Positions 1-11,558 of a DNA stretch of 64,000 nt are shown here, piece by piece. The notes beneath the pieces are model-generated. The model made no database searches. It was not told the origin of the DNA and worked only from the letters and a program-made list of their open reading frames with translations. Source of the DNA: Antedon mediterranea (Eukaryota > Animalia > Echinodermata); assembly GCF_964355755.1 (NCBI RefSeq), contig NC_092673.1, positions 18,287,648-18,351,647 on the forward strand, written 5' to 3'. The position numbers were made by a program, and so were the translations under genes. Every line of letters starts with the position of its first letter. Positions within the stretch are counted from its first letter, which is position 1.

Positions 1-4
1 CAGG

Positions 5-1863
5 TTGGGAAAAGTGTTTCAGCGATTCCGAGACGCAGGGTTAAAATTGAAGCCTAAGAAGTGTAGCCTCTTTCAGACAGAGGTTCTGTACCTTGGTCAT
101 GTGGTATCTGAAGCTGGAATAAAAACCGATCCAGAAAAGGTGGCGGCCGTACGAGATTGGCCGACTCCCAGAAATGCCCATGATGTACGCAGTTTCTTAG
201 GGCTAGCAGCGTACTATCGGAAGTTCATTAAGGACTTCTCAGCTCTGGCAAAGCCACTATTTCAACTAACGGAGAAATCACGAACGTTTGAGTGGGGTGA
301 GCAGCAGCAAAGCGCATTTGAAACCCTTAAGCAGATGTTACAGACTTCACCTATCCTGGCTTACCCAAATCCAGACGCTGAATTCATCCTAGACACGGAT
401 GCTAGTAATTATGCATTGGGAGGCGTTTTATCACAGATCCAGGATGGACAGGAACGAGTTGTGGCGTACGGGAGTCGAACGCTGAGTAGAGCAGAGAAGA
501 ATTACTGTGTTACCAGAAGAGAGTTGTTAGCGTTGGTGCACTTCCTGAAGTATTTCAGGCAGTACCTATATGGACGAAAGATTACAATACGAACCGACCA
601 CTCGTCTTTAAGATGGCTCATAAACTTTAAAAATCCTGAAGGCCAATTAGCCAGGTGGTTTGAGGTAATAAGCTTGTACGAGTTCACAGTTGTTCACAGG
701 CCAGGGGCCAAACACGGGAACGCCGATGGACTGTCCCGTCGACCGTGCAAACAGTGTGGAAAAGGTACCGGTAGCCAAGAACCTGTACCTGAAGAACCAG
801 AACTGGCAGAAGAACCTGTGTCAAAAGTACCAGTTCAAAACCATATCCGATTATCACGTCTAGAACCAGAAATACCGAACGAAGCCTTAACAACCCATCA
901 GTTGCAGGATGAATCCATCGCATGGGTATACGATGCTAAGAAAAATAATACTGCTAGGCCCGATTGGGCGGACGTGTCTCCTGAGAATCGGGCATATTGG
1001 TTACTATGGGACCTGTTAGAAATTAGAGGTGGAACTTTGTGCAGAAAATGGGAAAGTGATGATGGAAGTACCTGTACGTGGAAAGTGGTGCTGCCAAGTA
1101 ACCTCCGGTCCCAGATGATGGACGAGGTGCACGGGGGTGTTACCAGTGGGCATTTGGGGGTAACTAAGACATTAGGAAAATTGAAGCAAAAGTTCTACTG
1201 GCCCAGGATGCACCTAGACGTACGAGCACATGTCAGAAAGTGTGGGGCATGCGCCAAACGGAAAACCCCACCCCAGCGCAGAAAGGCTCCCCTCCAGCAG
1301 TGGCCAGTGCATGAACCAATGGAACGAGTAGCAGTGGACGAGACGGAAGATCTGGTGACCAGTACCCGAAAGCAACTGCAGCTCTGGCTGCTGTACGTGC
1401 GCGTGAAGCATTGAAGAAGAGCGCCCGGAGGCAGAAGCGGTTATATGACCGATTGGCAGGTGGACCTTCCTTGAACGAGGGAAGTTTTGTACTCATGTAC
1501 GACAAAACCAAGAGAAAAGGAGTCTCTCCAAAACTGGAGAGTCGTTGGCGTGGTCCGTACCTGATCTGCAAAAAGATGTCGGAAGTAACGTACCGGATCC
1601 AGCTAAGTCCCAAAGGGAAGTACCGGGTGGTTCACTTTGACCTCCTCAAGGTCTATGAGGGAAACGTTACAGGAACGTGCTGGGCTACACCGGGGGGAGG
1701 GAATGTCCATACAGAACCAGATCCAAGTGCAAATGCAGGGCACCCATCTATTATCCCTGAGGTACCAGACTCGTCAGGCTCGGCAGAACCCGAACCAGAT
1801 AACTCATCCCGATATCCAAAAAGGCGACAGAGGAACCGTCCTGCACGGTTTCTCCAAGATTAG
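5..1863 (+). pseudogene. pol: Gypsy pol (RT-RNaseH-integrase) with DDE core deleted and a frameshift
   Basis: ORF 5..1414 goes from ERVAVD (first catalytic Asp) directly into post-core sequence at ~1340. ORF 1411..1863 carries the integrase C-terminal KLESRWRGPY...VVHFDLLK (GPY/F) module in a different frame. Confidence 0.9.
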
Positions 1864-1935
1864 TACGGTGTAATGAAACTGCCGGACCGGATAGTTATTT
1901 TTGTTTTTTTTTTTATTTATTTCCAGATTGGAACG

Positions 1936-2442
1936 ATGAAAGAATGTAAAGAGTGCAAATCCGAGTTTCCTACTGTGACGGCACTACGTGGGCACCGGGA
2001 AACGAAACACCCAAGGGATTTTGTTTGCCAATTTTGCGGTGGACGGTTTAGGGAAAGGTCTGCTTTGGACCGGCACGAAACCAGGAACCACCTGTATTCT
2101 CATTCCGGTGGATTGCGGGGGCGACCAGGCCCGGCGGAAGAGGCTGAGTTACGTGCCACCTTACCGGAAATTGAACTGTCGCCAGGTTCGCAGTCATTGT
2201 TGGACGAGATGGTAAAGGGAGAAGACCCGGTGCCGAAGAAAGTCCGTCGAGTCTCAAAGGGAAAGCCCGCTTTCCTATCTGATGAGACCCGAGAGGCCCT
2301 GACATCGGATGGTACTGGTTTCTTGGAAAAGAGGGTTGCGGATCGGGTTACGAAAGTAATCAAAAAGAAGAAACTCACACATTACCGAGATGGAAGTGTC
2401 AGCCTAGTGGAGGAAGTGACAGAAGAGTACTTGTTGGATTAG
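1936..2442 (+). CDS. Extra retrotransposon ORF: two C2H2 zinc fingers plus basic/acidic tail (168 aa from ATG 1936)
   Basis: CKEC-X12-HRETKH and CQFC-X12-HETRNH; lies between the pol stop (1863) and the PPT; preceded by a polypyrimidine tract and CAG acceptor ending at 1926. Confidence 0.75.
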   Translation: MKECKECKSEFPTVTALRGHRETKHPRDFVCQFCGGRFRERSALDRHETRNHLYSHSGGLRGRPGPAEEAELRATLPEIELSPGSQSLLDEMVKGEDPVPKKVRRVSKGKPAFLSDETREALTSDGTGFLEKRVADRVTKVIKKKKLTHYRDGSVSLVEEVTEEYLLD

Positions 2443-2591
2443 TTAGTTGTTTTTTTTTTAATCCCTTAAGGAATGCGGCAGAGGCATAGTAGACCCTCTG
2501 TCTAAGTTTTGTTTGTTGGATTTTGTTTTTTTTTTATATTTTTTTTATTGACGATTCAGGGGACGAATCGTTCTGGGAGGGGGGGGGGCAG

Positions 2592-2985
2592 TGTAACGAT
2601 TTTGATACCCCTCTTATTGTTATGGAATAGTCCTCTTAGGAGGCTTCTGATTGGTGGGTGGCTTTGTAATCTAAGGAGGAAGAAACCCACATGTGAGGCA
2701 GTGGAGCTCCAACCTTGAACCGGAAGAGTCATAAGTTTTAAAAACTATCTGATCCAATCCATACTAGGAATTACTTTGTACCTGAAGTTACACGCAATTA
2801 TTAGGTAGGGCATACGAATATCATTTCTATTGTGTACTGTATTATCAGTTGTAAAATAAATAAAACATCTCCTGAATTCGTAACGGATTGTAGTTTGTGC
2901 TTCTGTACGTGATATTACTTACTTATCGTCGTCGGAATAACACCGACGCCGAACCCGCATTACAACGAGGCAGGGAAACGTTACA
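2592..2985 (+). repeat. 3' LTR of the Gypsy element (394 bp)
   Basis: Begins 3 nt after the G-rich PPT; 7-bp inverted ends TGTAACG/CGTTACA; AATAAA at 2855. Confidence 0.9.
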
Positions 2986-3049
2986 ATACCAACCTTTCAT
3001 TTCAAAAGAAATACTATAATACAAACTGTGACATTTCTGGTTTATTTAA

Positions 3050-3675
3050 AGACCCCTTCCCTGCAATTTTGGACGTTTTTTGGAAAATAATACATATATA
3101 TCACTTTAAAAACATTAAACCATGTCATTCCTTGTCTTAAATGTACGTTTTATGGTAAATTATGATAAAAAGTGAGAAACAATGCACTACCTAAGTAGCT
3201 CGCGGCGATCGACCTCTCGTGGATGGTCTTAGGCCTAGCCTGGCTAGGCTTAGTTTTTTAGGCCTAGCTGGTAAACATCGGTAACGTACGAACATCGTAC
3301 GCTAGCTATATACCTAGCCTGACGTTGTATAGTTGCTGCATTAATTGTCTTTCTATTTTTGCCAGACTCCGTTGATACAAATTGGGGAAAACCCGATATT
3401 TTCGCTGAAAAGTTAGGAGTCTTCCATTTGTGTTGGCCTCACGATCGATCGAAAAGTGGGCGAATTACAGGTGAAAAACAAAAATATCAATCCGCGCGCA
3501 ATGCATTTTGGGATTTATAGCGGGCCGCTATAATTATTAAAATCGACTTATTTTTCACATTTTTAACCGTTTAAAGACGAAAAAAGTTATCGCAATAGGA
3601 CCATATAGTATTATTTTTACATTAAATATAGTTTGTGATCTTAAATTAGATCTAAAAAACGTAGGGAATGGGGCT
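3050..3675 (+). mobile_element. Kolobok-type non-autonomous DNA transposon (626 bp), copy 1
   Basis: TTAA on both sides, AG...CT ends, imperfect TIR; near-identical inverted copy at 32314-32939. Confidence 0.85.
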
Positions 3676-4874
3676 TTAAACATTTTAAGACACTGAAAAT
3701 TATGTATGTGTGTGTACAAATGTTATAAAAATTATAGGATTATTAGGGAATGAGTAAAATTTCCCCTGGATATATAATATGTAAAATTTGCTAACCAAGT
3801 ATTGATTTTGTGTGTATTGTTCACCATCATGTAACATTTGCTTTTGTAACCCATATTAATATTATAATATATGTATTGTGCATGTGAGGTTCAAGGTCTT
3901 AGAAAGCATCTATAGACATGAAAAAATCAATAATGCATCATAAATTTTAAAGAAATTTAATTTAAACTAAGCTTATACAGAGACAAATAGTAATACAGCT
4001 TGTTGTTGTATTATAATAGTGAAAACAAAATAATTTATTGAAAAAAATGTTGGTATTAAATGTATATAGGTAAAATGTAATTTAATTTGTTTTATTTCTT
4101 TTGTTGACAATTCTTTTGTTCTCTCTTATTTTAAACATTGACAACAGTTGCAATTGTTTGTACTGAACATTTTTCATAATTCGTTGTTTTTTTATTATAC
4201 ACAATGGCACTGTAAATAGAATGGATACTCATGGTTACCTCCACATGGAGATTTTTTGTACCTCAATGGGATACTGATGTTTATCACCATGTATTTTGCT
4301 TTTTGCATAGCTGAATTATGCAAGGAGTCCAATCCTCTGTTAAATTGTTTTCCCAATTACTGGCTGCTGTTTAGGTGCTGTGATATACTGTTATGAAAAC
4401 AGCGACATGTGAATGAACAAGTTTTTTAATAACTTATTTGATTTGATTATATGGCCCAACCTTGCAAATATTCTGGCCAGGATTGTTGAAGCAAATTCAA
4501 AATAGAATATTTCATTGGTTGATTTAACTTGTACATAAAATAATCAGGCCTTTTTCAATTTGTATTGTTTTTTATATTTTTCTTATCGTGATTATATTGT
4601 ATATATTTTTATTAATTTTGGGAATTGGGAAATGTTTGCACTTCATATTGTTTGTTTATGCTTTTTGTCCATAGTGTTTTTTTTTGTATCTTAAAGACAA
4701 CTTTCCTCTTATTAAAATACTGTACTTAAATACTTTTATGCGACAATAGGAAATATTGATATACTGTAGTTGGAAAGTCACACAGAACGGTTTATTTCAG
4801 TTTACTTTTTTTTTAACGTCGGAGCTTCCAGGATCTGGCACTTCAACCTCTAAAGGGCTGCGAAGTGACTTGAC

Positions 4875-6070
4875 CAGGGATGTCACCACGCTGGTCGGCC
4901 CCGACCAGCACTCAACATTTCCGACCAGGATTTACAGGCTGCCGACCACCACTATTATTTATTATTATCATTACGATATTTATATTAGGCCTAGGCCTAA
5001 CTAAAATTCGTACTAAAACATTTTACCTAGCACATCGTCAAGTTAGCCTCATTCATATAGATAAGACAAAAGACTACAGCAAATGTTTCCGTGGTTACGT
5101 ACGTTACTTTATTTGTAACACAATACCAGGCCTACCCTGCCCTGGTATTCATTGTTACAGCTTATGAGTCATGGCGAACAACGTGCTACACAGCACAGTG
5201 TACAAGTTTAAAGTTCACATAGCGACCATTCAAGTGTTTTATTTTGCACAGATTAAAAATACAAACAAGTACGCAGTAATTAAAAATGTACAACTACATA
5301 GACCCAAACAAAATCATTTTTAATTGCTGAATGTTTTGTCACCCTGCTTTAATTATATTATGTTACTAGTTTTACATTTTTGTACTCTACGAACTATTAA
5401 AAAAAATAAAAAAACATGCGCATGGTTCAGTGAGACCGGGCAAGTTCGTTCGTTTATGATCGCCGAGCATGGTACAATAATTACACGTCCCTGGGATAAC
5501 TTCAGGTTGCTGAACTTCAGTTAACCCATAAACACGTGTCTGTTCTTGCCGGCCATGCACTACATGCTTGCCGCACAGTTGTGAAACAAAAAATCCGGAA
5601 TTCGCGAATACGCTAAAAAACTCTCGCGCAAAAGAACTGTAACACGAACATTATATCGAGCAACAAGTAGTAAGGTCTAGGCTAATAATCTATCTACAGT
5701 ATTTGATTAGGGATTAGGCCTAAATAAGGAAGCGCCTGTTTTTGTGGAATTCAGATTTTGGGGCATCTATCTAAGCCTTGGCTAGGCCTAGTGGTCGTAG
5801 TGTCTACAAGGCTAGGCCTAAGCCTGACGCGATCTATTGCTATTCATTTCGTAAGCGTTTTTTTTTTTTTTTCGCGAATAATAACGACGACTCCCCGGTG
5901 GTACAAGGTTAGGCCTAGACCTGACGCAATTTGTTGTTATTTATTTTCATAATTCTTTATGTTTCGCTAAAATAACGACAAACCCCCGGGGGGGAGATAC
6001 CCCCCCCCCCCCCCCCCCAGCCCCCGGGAAATTTGCCGACCGGCACTCCAAAAAGCTGGTGACATCCCTG
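4875..6070. mobile_element. hAT-like non-autonomous element with 14-bp TIR and 6-bp TSD
   Basis: CAGGGATGTCACCA...TGGTGACATCCCTG, flanked by CTTGAC at 4869-4874 and 6071-6076. Confidence 0.8.
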
Positions 6071-7440
6071 CTTGACAATATATAGCTTAATTGAAATTTT
6101 CTTATTTTAAAGCAATAGTTAGTTTACAATAATCATTGAAGTCTGATGAATGTAACATTTGTATGTATTCTATATTATATTACTGTGCTATTCATCCTCG
6201 GAACAGGTCCTCTACGGACCTACCGCAGGGTGCAGCCTAGTGCAGTCAATCTGTAAAGTATTTTTGGGGTTGGTTTGTACATTTTTATTCAACAATTTCA
6301 ATTTTCAGCTCACCTCACCCGCTTAATGTATGTATGTATACATAACGTAAACGTACAACCGTTGAGGAAAAATTCATCCATGGTACTGTACAACAAAAAT
6401 CGATGTACAGCCTTTTTCATTATTAATCAACACATAATTACTAGATGTAATGTAAAATCTTTATTTTTCAAGAATAGTACTGTACGTAGGTGCTGTATTA
6501 TAGCTACTGTCAGATATTCTACGTGTGGCCATACAGTATAGCTAAATCTGAATTCAGTATTAGTATTAGTATTTTTGTTTTTATTTACATTTATTCATTG
6601 TGCCTTTAAATTTTATTTAGCAACAAAAATAAAAATATAAAATTTTAATTTATTTGAATTGGCATAAATTATAACAAAAAACAAACAAAATTAGTGTTTC
6701 TATACTCACAATGTATGTGTCTGTCACAAAATATAACTATGAAATTATGAATTTTGTATCTAGTTATAACCAATAATAACATTTTATATAGCTTATAGGG
6801 CACTCTCCATACGAATGGAGGTTTTAAAAAATGCTTATAAATTAGTATTAATTGACCAAAATTCATACTATAACCCAATACATACCTGCATAACTATATA
6901 TCAAAATAAAGATAATTTAATAAGATATCATTTGATACTAAATAAAATGAGGTACATTTAAAATTTACAACGTTATTAAAACAATAACAGGCGTATCTCT
7001 AATTTGAAACCAAATGACCTTTGACCTCAAAATTACCCCCTTTCCCCAGCTCAAAATTCATGGAGGAATTTTTTGGGATGACTTGGGATGCATTGGAACA
7101 TGAATCCACTGAAAAACCTTTGTTAATAATTATTTCACAGATTTGCATTTTTTTGACCTAAAATTCCCTAACTATTTTTATGTACTTTCTTTCAGTTTAC
7201 AAATAACATGCATTGTAATTAATATTGTAGCTTTTTGTTCAGTTAAAGATACATAATTAATAGTAGTACCATGTAGTTAGATGGTAGTACAGCATATTTA
7301 TAGACATTTTTATTCTTGTAGTTCATATGTTCCTTTTTGTCATTTGCTGTAACCGTAAGACTTTTTTATTTTTGTGATGTATTGAAATGTTAAACTTCAA
7401 ACTTCGAATTGCAATAAAGAAACATTGAATCGAATACAAT

Positions 7441-7880
7441 CTATATATAAATTATGGTTAATTCTGACATAGGCGAGCACAATGCAAAAACTTCGGTACA
7501 AATCTCCGCCTTGGATACCTACCTTATCTATCTGAGATGTACCGCGAAACGTAGATTTGATAACATTAGTGTTCACGCCAACGCTATTGTTCCATATTTA
7601 TATCTTAGGAAGATATATAAAGAGTTTTTTAACAACATTTATGATTTCAACATTAGATTTTCCTTTCAATTTCAATTCTTCCCTAATTTCCGGGTTTAAG
7701 ATAAGTTCACCTTGCAACAACCTTAGTTTCAAATATTTTCTCTTTTTTAAACACAAGGGAGCAGTTAAAATAATAGATTTGACCCTAAAGGTGACTGGAA
7801 ACAGGCACTTTCCATCAATCAATACAGTGTCCCTTTGGAAGACGAAAAATATGTCAGAATTAACCATAATTTATATATAG
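7441..7880. mobile_element. MITE with 31-bp perfect terminal inverted repeat in TA-rich flanks
   Basis: CTATATATAAATTATGGTTAATTCTGACATA at 7441-7471 and its exact reverse complement at 7850-7880. Confidence 0.7.
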
Positions 7881-8279
7881 ATACCACGCGTGTGTGAAGG
7901 TACAGTAGTTAAATAATAGGAATTATACTGCAAATTAATAAAGATCAAATTAAATATACGCCATAAAGAATCAGAATATATTGTGGGGAATAGTATTATA
8001 AAATTACATAGGGAGATTTGATGATAAGACATTTTTCGAGTGAAATCCCGATAGCTGAGTTTTATTGAGTAAGCTTGCAGGAATAACTGTAGGCTATCTT
8101 CCTGTGTCCCATTAGGACCAAGATGTCTGCCCATGTTGCAAGCCGTAATGTCTTCTTTCTTGGGCCCACTCTGTCACGGCAGTTAGTTTCAAAAGATGAT
8201 TAAATTAAATAATGTATTAATAATTATTAGGATGGTATTCATTTGAATAAACGCCTCTCAAATAAAACATCACTTTGAA

Positions 8280-10398
8280 TAATTTTACATGTCTTACACC
8301 ATCGCTGTGAGTTAGTTTGTTTGTTTTTGTAACAGTCTTTTGCTTTATGTCCAGGCTTTTTACATTTGTAGCAGATTACTGTAGTTGTTCAATTGGATAA
8401 GTTTTCATGACGGAGTCGTTAACGTTGGTATTTACCATTTTGCTGGCCTTTAAATTCTCTTCATAATTTTTGAGAGAGGTCTTAAATTCTGATAATGTTG
8501 GCTGATTTTTCTGTGTTTAGCGTATTATACTCTTCTGGTAGTCCTTTCAGTACCATTGACATTAGCAGTGAATCACTGACAACTTCCCCTGCTGTTTTTA
8601 ACGACACTCCAATCGTTTCTGCTTTCATCTTCAAAGAACATAATTATAAGTACATTGTTATTACTCTCGGTTTTCCTCTACCCAGGCAGGCCCGTAGCCA
8701 GGGGGGGTTTTTATGGTTCGGGCGAACCCCCCTTTACAGCGAACCCCCCTTAACCGACTGCGAACCCCCATCCCCGACATGCCCAATACCTCACCCCAAT
8801 CTGCGAAAATCGTCCAAATACGTGCCCCACAGTACAAAAAGTTGTTCGTAAATTAAAAAATTTGTTAACTCGTTCGGAATAACTCATACAGTACCTTCTT
8901 CCCTGTATGAGCGTACTTCGAGCGATATAGTCTGTAAAGAGTTGCAAATGAATTGCCGATTTTAACCTGAAAAATAAATGTTTGGTCCCTGCATGTAACA
9001 TGATATTGACGCGTCTCACAGCGAGCTGGGGGACGAACGATTCGTACAAAGGACACCGCCAGAAAACTGCGTACCAATTGTTTAGATCACTGGCAGTCAG
9101 GCAGCATGCATAAAGTATATACAGTAGCCTTCCGACATACATCAGTATTTATGTGTGGCTATGAAGTATAATGTATCATAGAGGATTATAGTGAATATTA
9201 ATATTTTACACTATAATATCTATGGTATCATGTACTGTAGTTCACATTATGACATCCGATTATTTTTTTCTAGACCACCAGCCGATACGTACTCAAATGT
9301 ATCAATATCACCTATTTACATTGGCATATTTAATTTCCTCAACAAATTGCTGTAAATAAATATTATAGATAGAGCTATAATAAGAATTGCATTTGCCTTC
9401 ACCCAGTGTGCTTTTTTCGGGGCTTTTCCTAGACGTACGTTCGCATTGAACTTGAACGCAAAACAAAATATCGAGTAAATGATCAAACAATTGGCGGTTC
9501 CGCACAGAGCACGCGCATCTAACATACGGCAACAAATGTTATCGTTTAAATAGTCCACGAGTCCAAGTACGATCGTTTTGCTCATTGGTAGCATGCTGCA
9601 TGAGAGTGTCTTTTCCGGCCATCTAGGGGTGTCATTTAACAAAATTTGCTTCGCCTCAGGCCCACCCCAGGGGGATGGGGGTGGGGGTAACCCAAATACT
9701 TAATGTGCGAACCCCCCCTTGACAGATCCTGGCTACGGCCCTGCTAGGTAATGTTCACGAAGGATTGTTAGCGCTTTACGCCCATCATCTTTAGCATCAC
9801 GAATAATCAGTGATAGCGACCTGTCATCTAGACATTGAACAAGCTCCGCAAAAGCATTTGCATTCTTGTTTGCATCAGGAGGATATTCGTCTCCTGGATT
9901 TATTACACCATGCAACTTCTGTAGACGCATATATCCTAAGAACTTAACTTCCCAGAGTTCATACTGGGACTCATCGCCGTTGAATAATATTCTTCTGGGC
10001 CCATAACCTGTTAGATTATGAGTAGCCATAATCTCGACTTGGAAGCAAACAACAACGGATAAAAATAAGATATAACTCAACAGTGTTACATGAGAACTTG
10101 AACTAACAGTTTATTCAGAACTTGTATTATATTATATATGTACAGTACAATGAAATGTGATTGGTCAGTTAATAACCAGAAAAGAGGTGGGGCATTCCAC
10201 CTATCAGTACATCAGGTACTTATACACCTGTCATTAATAAAGGTGCTAAATCAGATGTGTTTAGTATAACTTGACAACTGACCTCCACTAGGGTATAATT
10301 ATTGACTGGTTCCAAGACTACAAGACTGGTATCACTGACAACTTAATGGATCATATAAACAGACTTATTATAATTAGATGAGAGCCTATACTTCAACA
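8280..10398 (-). mobile_element. gag: Decayed Ty1/Copia element: 5' LTR, PBS and gag
   Basis: Minus strand: LTR 10398-10009 (TG...CA), followed at once by the copia-type PBS GGTTATGGGCCCAG. Gag reads FNGDESQYELWEVKF...DGRKALTILREHYLGRGKPRVI across the nested insertion; CCHC knuckle CYKCKKPGHKAKDC at ~8332-8373; stops present. Confidence 0.88.
8687..9743. mobile_element. hAT-like MITE with 5-bp TSD nested in Copia gag
   Basis: 16-bp TIR CAGGCCCGTAGCCAGG / CCTGGCTACGGCCCTG (1 mismatch); flanks CCAGG/CTAGG; removing it restores the gag frame HYLGRGK. Confidence 0.85.
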
Positions 10399-11558
10399 AA
10401 CTCAACAGTGTTACATGAGAACTTGAACTACAGTTTATTCAGAACTTGTATTATAATATATGTACAGTACAATGAAATGTGATTGGTCAGTTAATAACCA
10501 GAAAAGAGGTGGGGCATTCCACCTATCAGTACATACACCTGTCATTAATAAAGGTGCTAAATCAGATGTGTTTAATAGTATAACTTGACAACTGACCTCC
10601 ACTAGGGTATAATTATTGACTGGTTCCCAGACTACAAGACTGGTATCACTGGCCCCGTTTCTGCTGCCAAAAATATACCGTATATATACGGTATATTTTA
10701 TATACGGTATATTTTTTGGCAGCAGAAATGGGTCTCATAAAAAATATACCGTATATATATGCGGTATATATACCGCATAAATATCCCCATCGTTTGTGGA
10801 TATTATATTATACGGTATATTCCAAAATATACCGTATATTTCGTACCCCGTTTCTGCTGCACTCAAAATATACCGTATATGTGACCCGGCCCATGACACG
10901 AGGTCAAAAACTAACAGAGCGTGACGCGTTTGTTTGGTTTTTCTGCTGCATTGACACACACGTGTATAATAAGCAAGCAACAGATCAAAATATCACTGTG
11001 GACTGAAGAAATAACTATTTTTGCAATTCAATTGTGGGGAGAAGCGAAGGTTGGGGGGAGACTACATGGCAACAGAAGAGATACCGAGATTTACAAAAGT
11101 ATCTCAAACAAAATAAAAGCAGAATTTGTGGTAGACTTAATAACACCAAAGTTATCGGCAAACGCCGTCGTCTTCTTTACATGAATGTAGTCAATGCCCA
11201 TTCTACATTTCTAGATTGTTTGTGCGATGTAAATTCGTTGCCACTTCTGATCATTAGATTTAAAATAGAAAGCAATGCTAAGACGTTTTGAGAAACCATC
11301 ATTGTTTTGTTTTTGTCATGTAACCTCACTACACGAGACTCTAGGTCAATCCATACTTCCGTCTCACAAAATGCATTTTGGGTAATGAAAGCCAACTTTT
11401 TTTACAGCCCACCCACGAAGTATGTGCAGCGGAAACGGTGTACGAATTTCATATACGGTATATATACGGTATAGTTATACGGTATATTTGGGAGTGGCAG
11501 CAGAAACAGGGCCACTGACAACTTAATGGATCATATAAACAGACTTATTATAATTAGA
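10399..11558 (-). repeat. Tandem partial duplicate of the Copia LTR, split by a Harbinger element
   Basis: 10399-10650 plus 11517-11558 re-copy ~10075-10378 almost exactly. Confidence 0.85.
10651..11513 (+). mobile_element. PIF/Harbinger deletion derivative with a Myb/SANT ORF remnant
   Basis: 19-bp TIR GGCCCCGTTTCTGCTGCCA (1 mismatch); 3-bp TSD ACT, confirmed by the empty site in the sister LTR copy; internal WTEEITIFAIQLWGE...RRDTEIYKSIS resembles the Harbinger Myb/SANT-like protein. Confidence 0.85.

Larger units (their letters stand above)
1..2985 (+). mobile_element. Ty3/Gypsy LTR retrotransposon, 3' half (5' part outside window), integrase core deleted
   Basis: RT C-terminus (LKLKPKKC, YLGHVVS), RNase H (LDTDAS, RRELLA, RTDHSSL, NADGLSR) and integrase HHCC region in Gypsy order; polypurine tract at 2575-2588; LTR with TGTAACG...CGTTACA ends. 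Confidence 0.95.
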
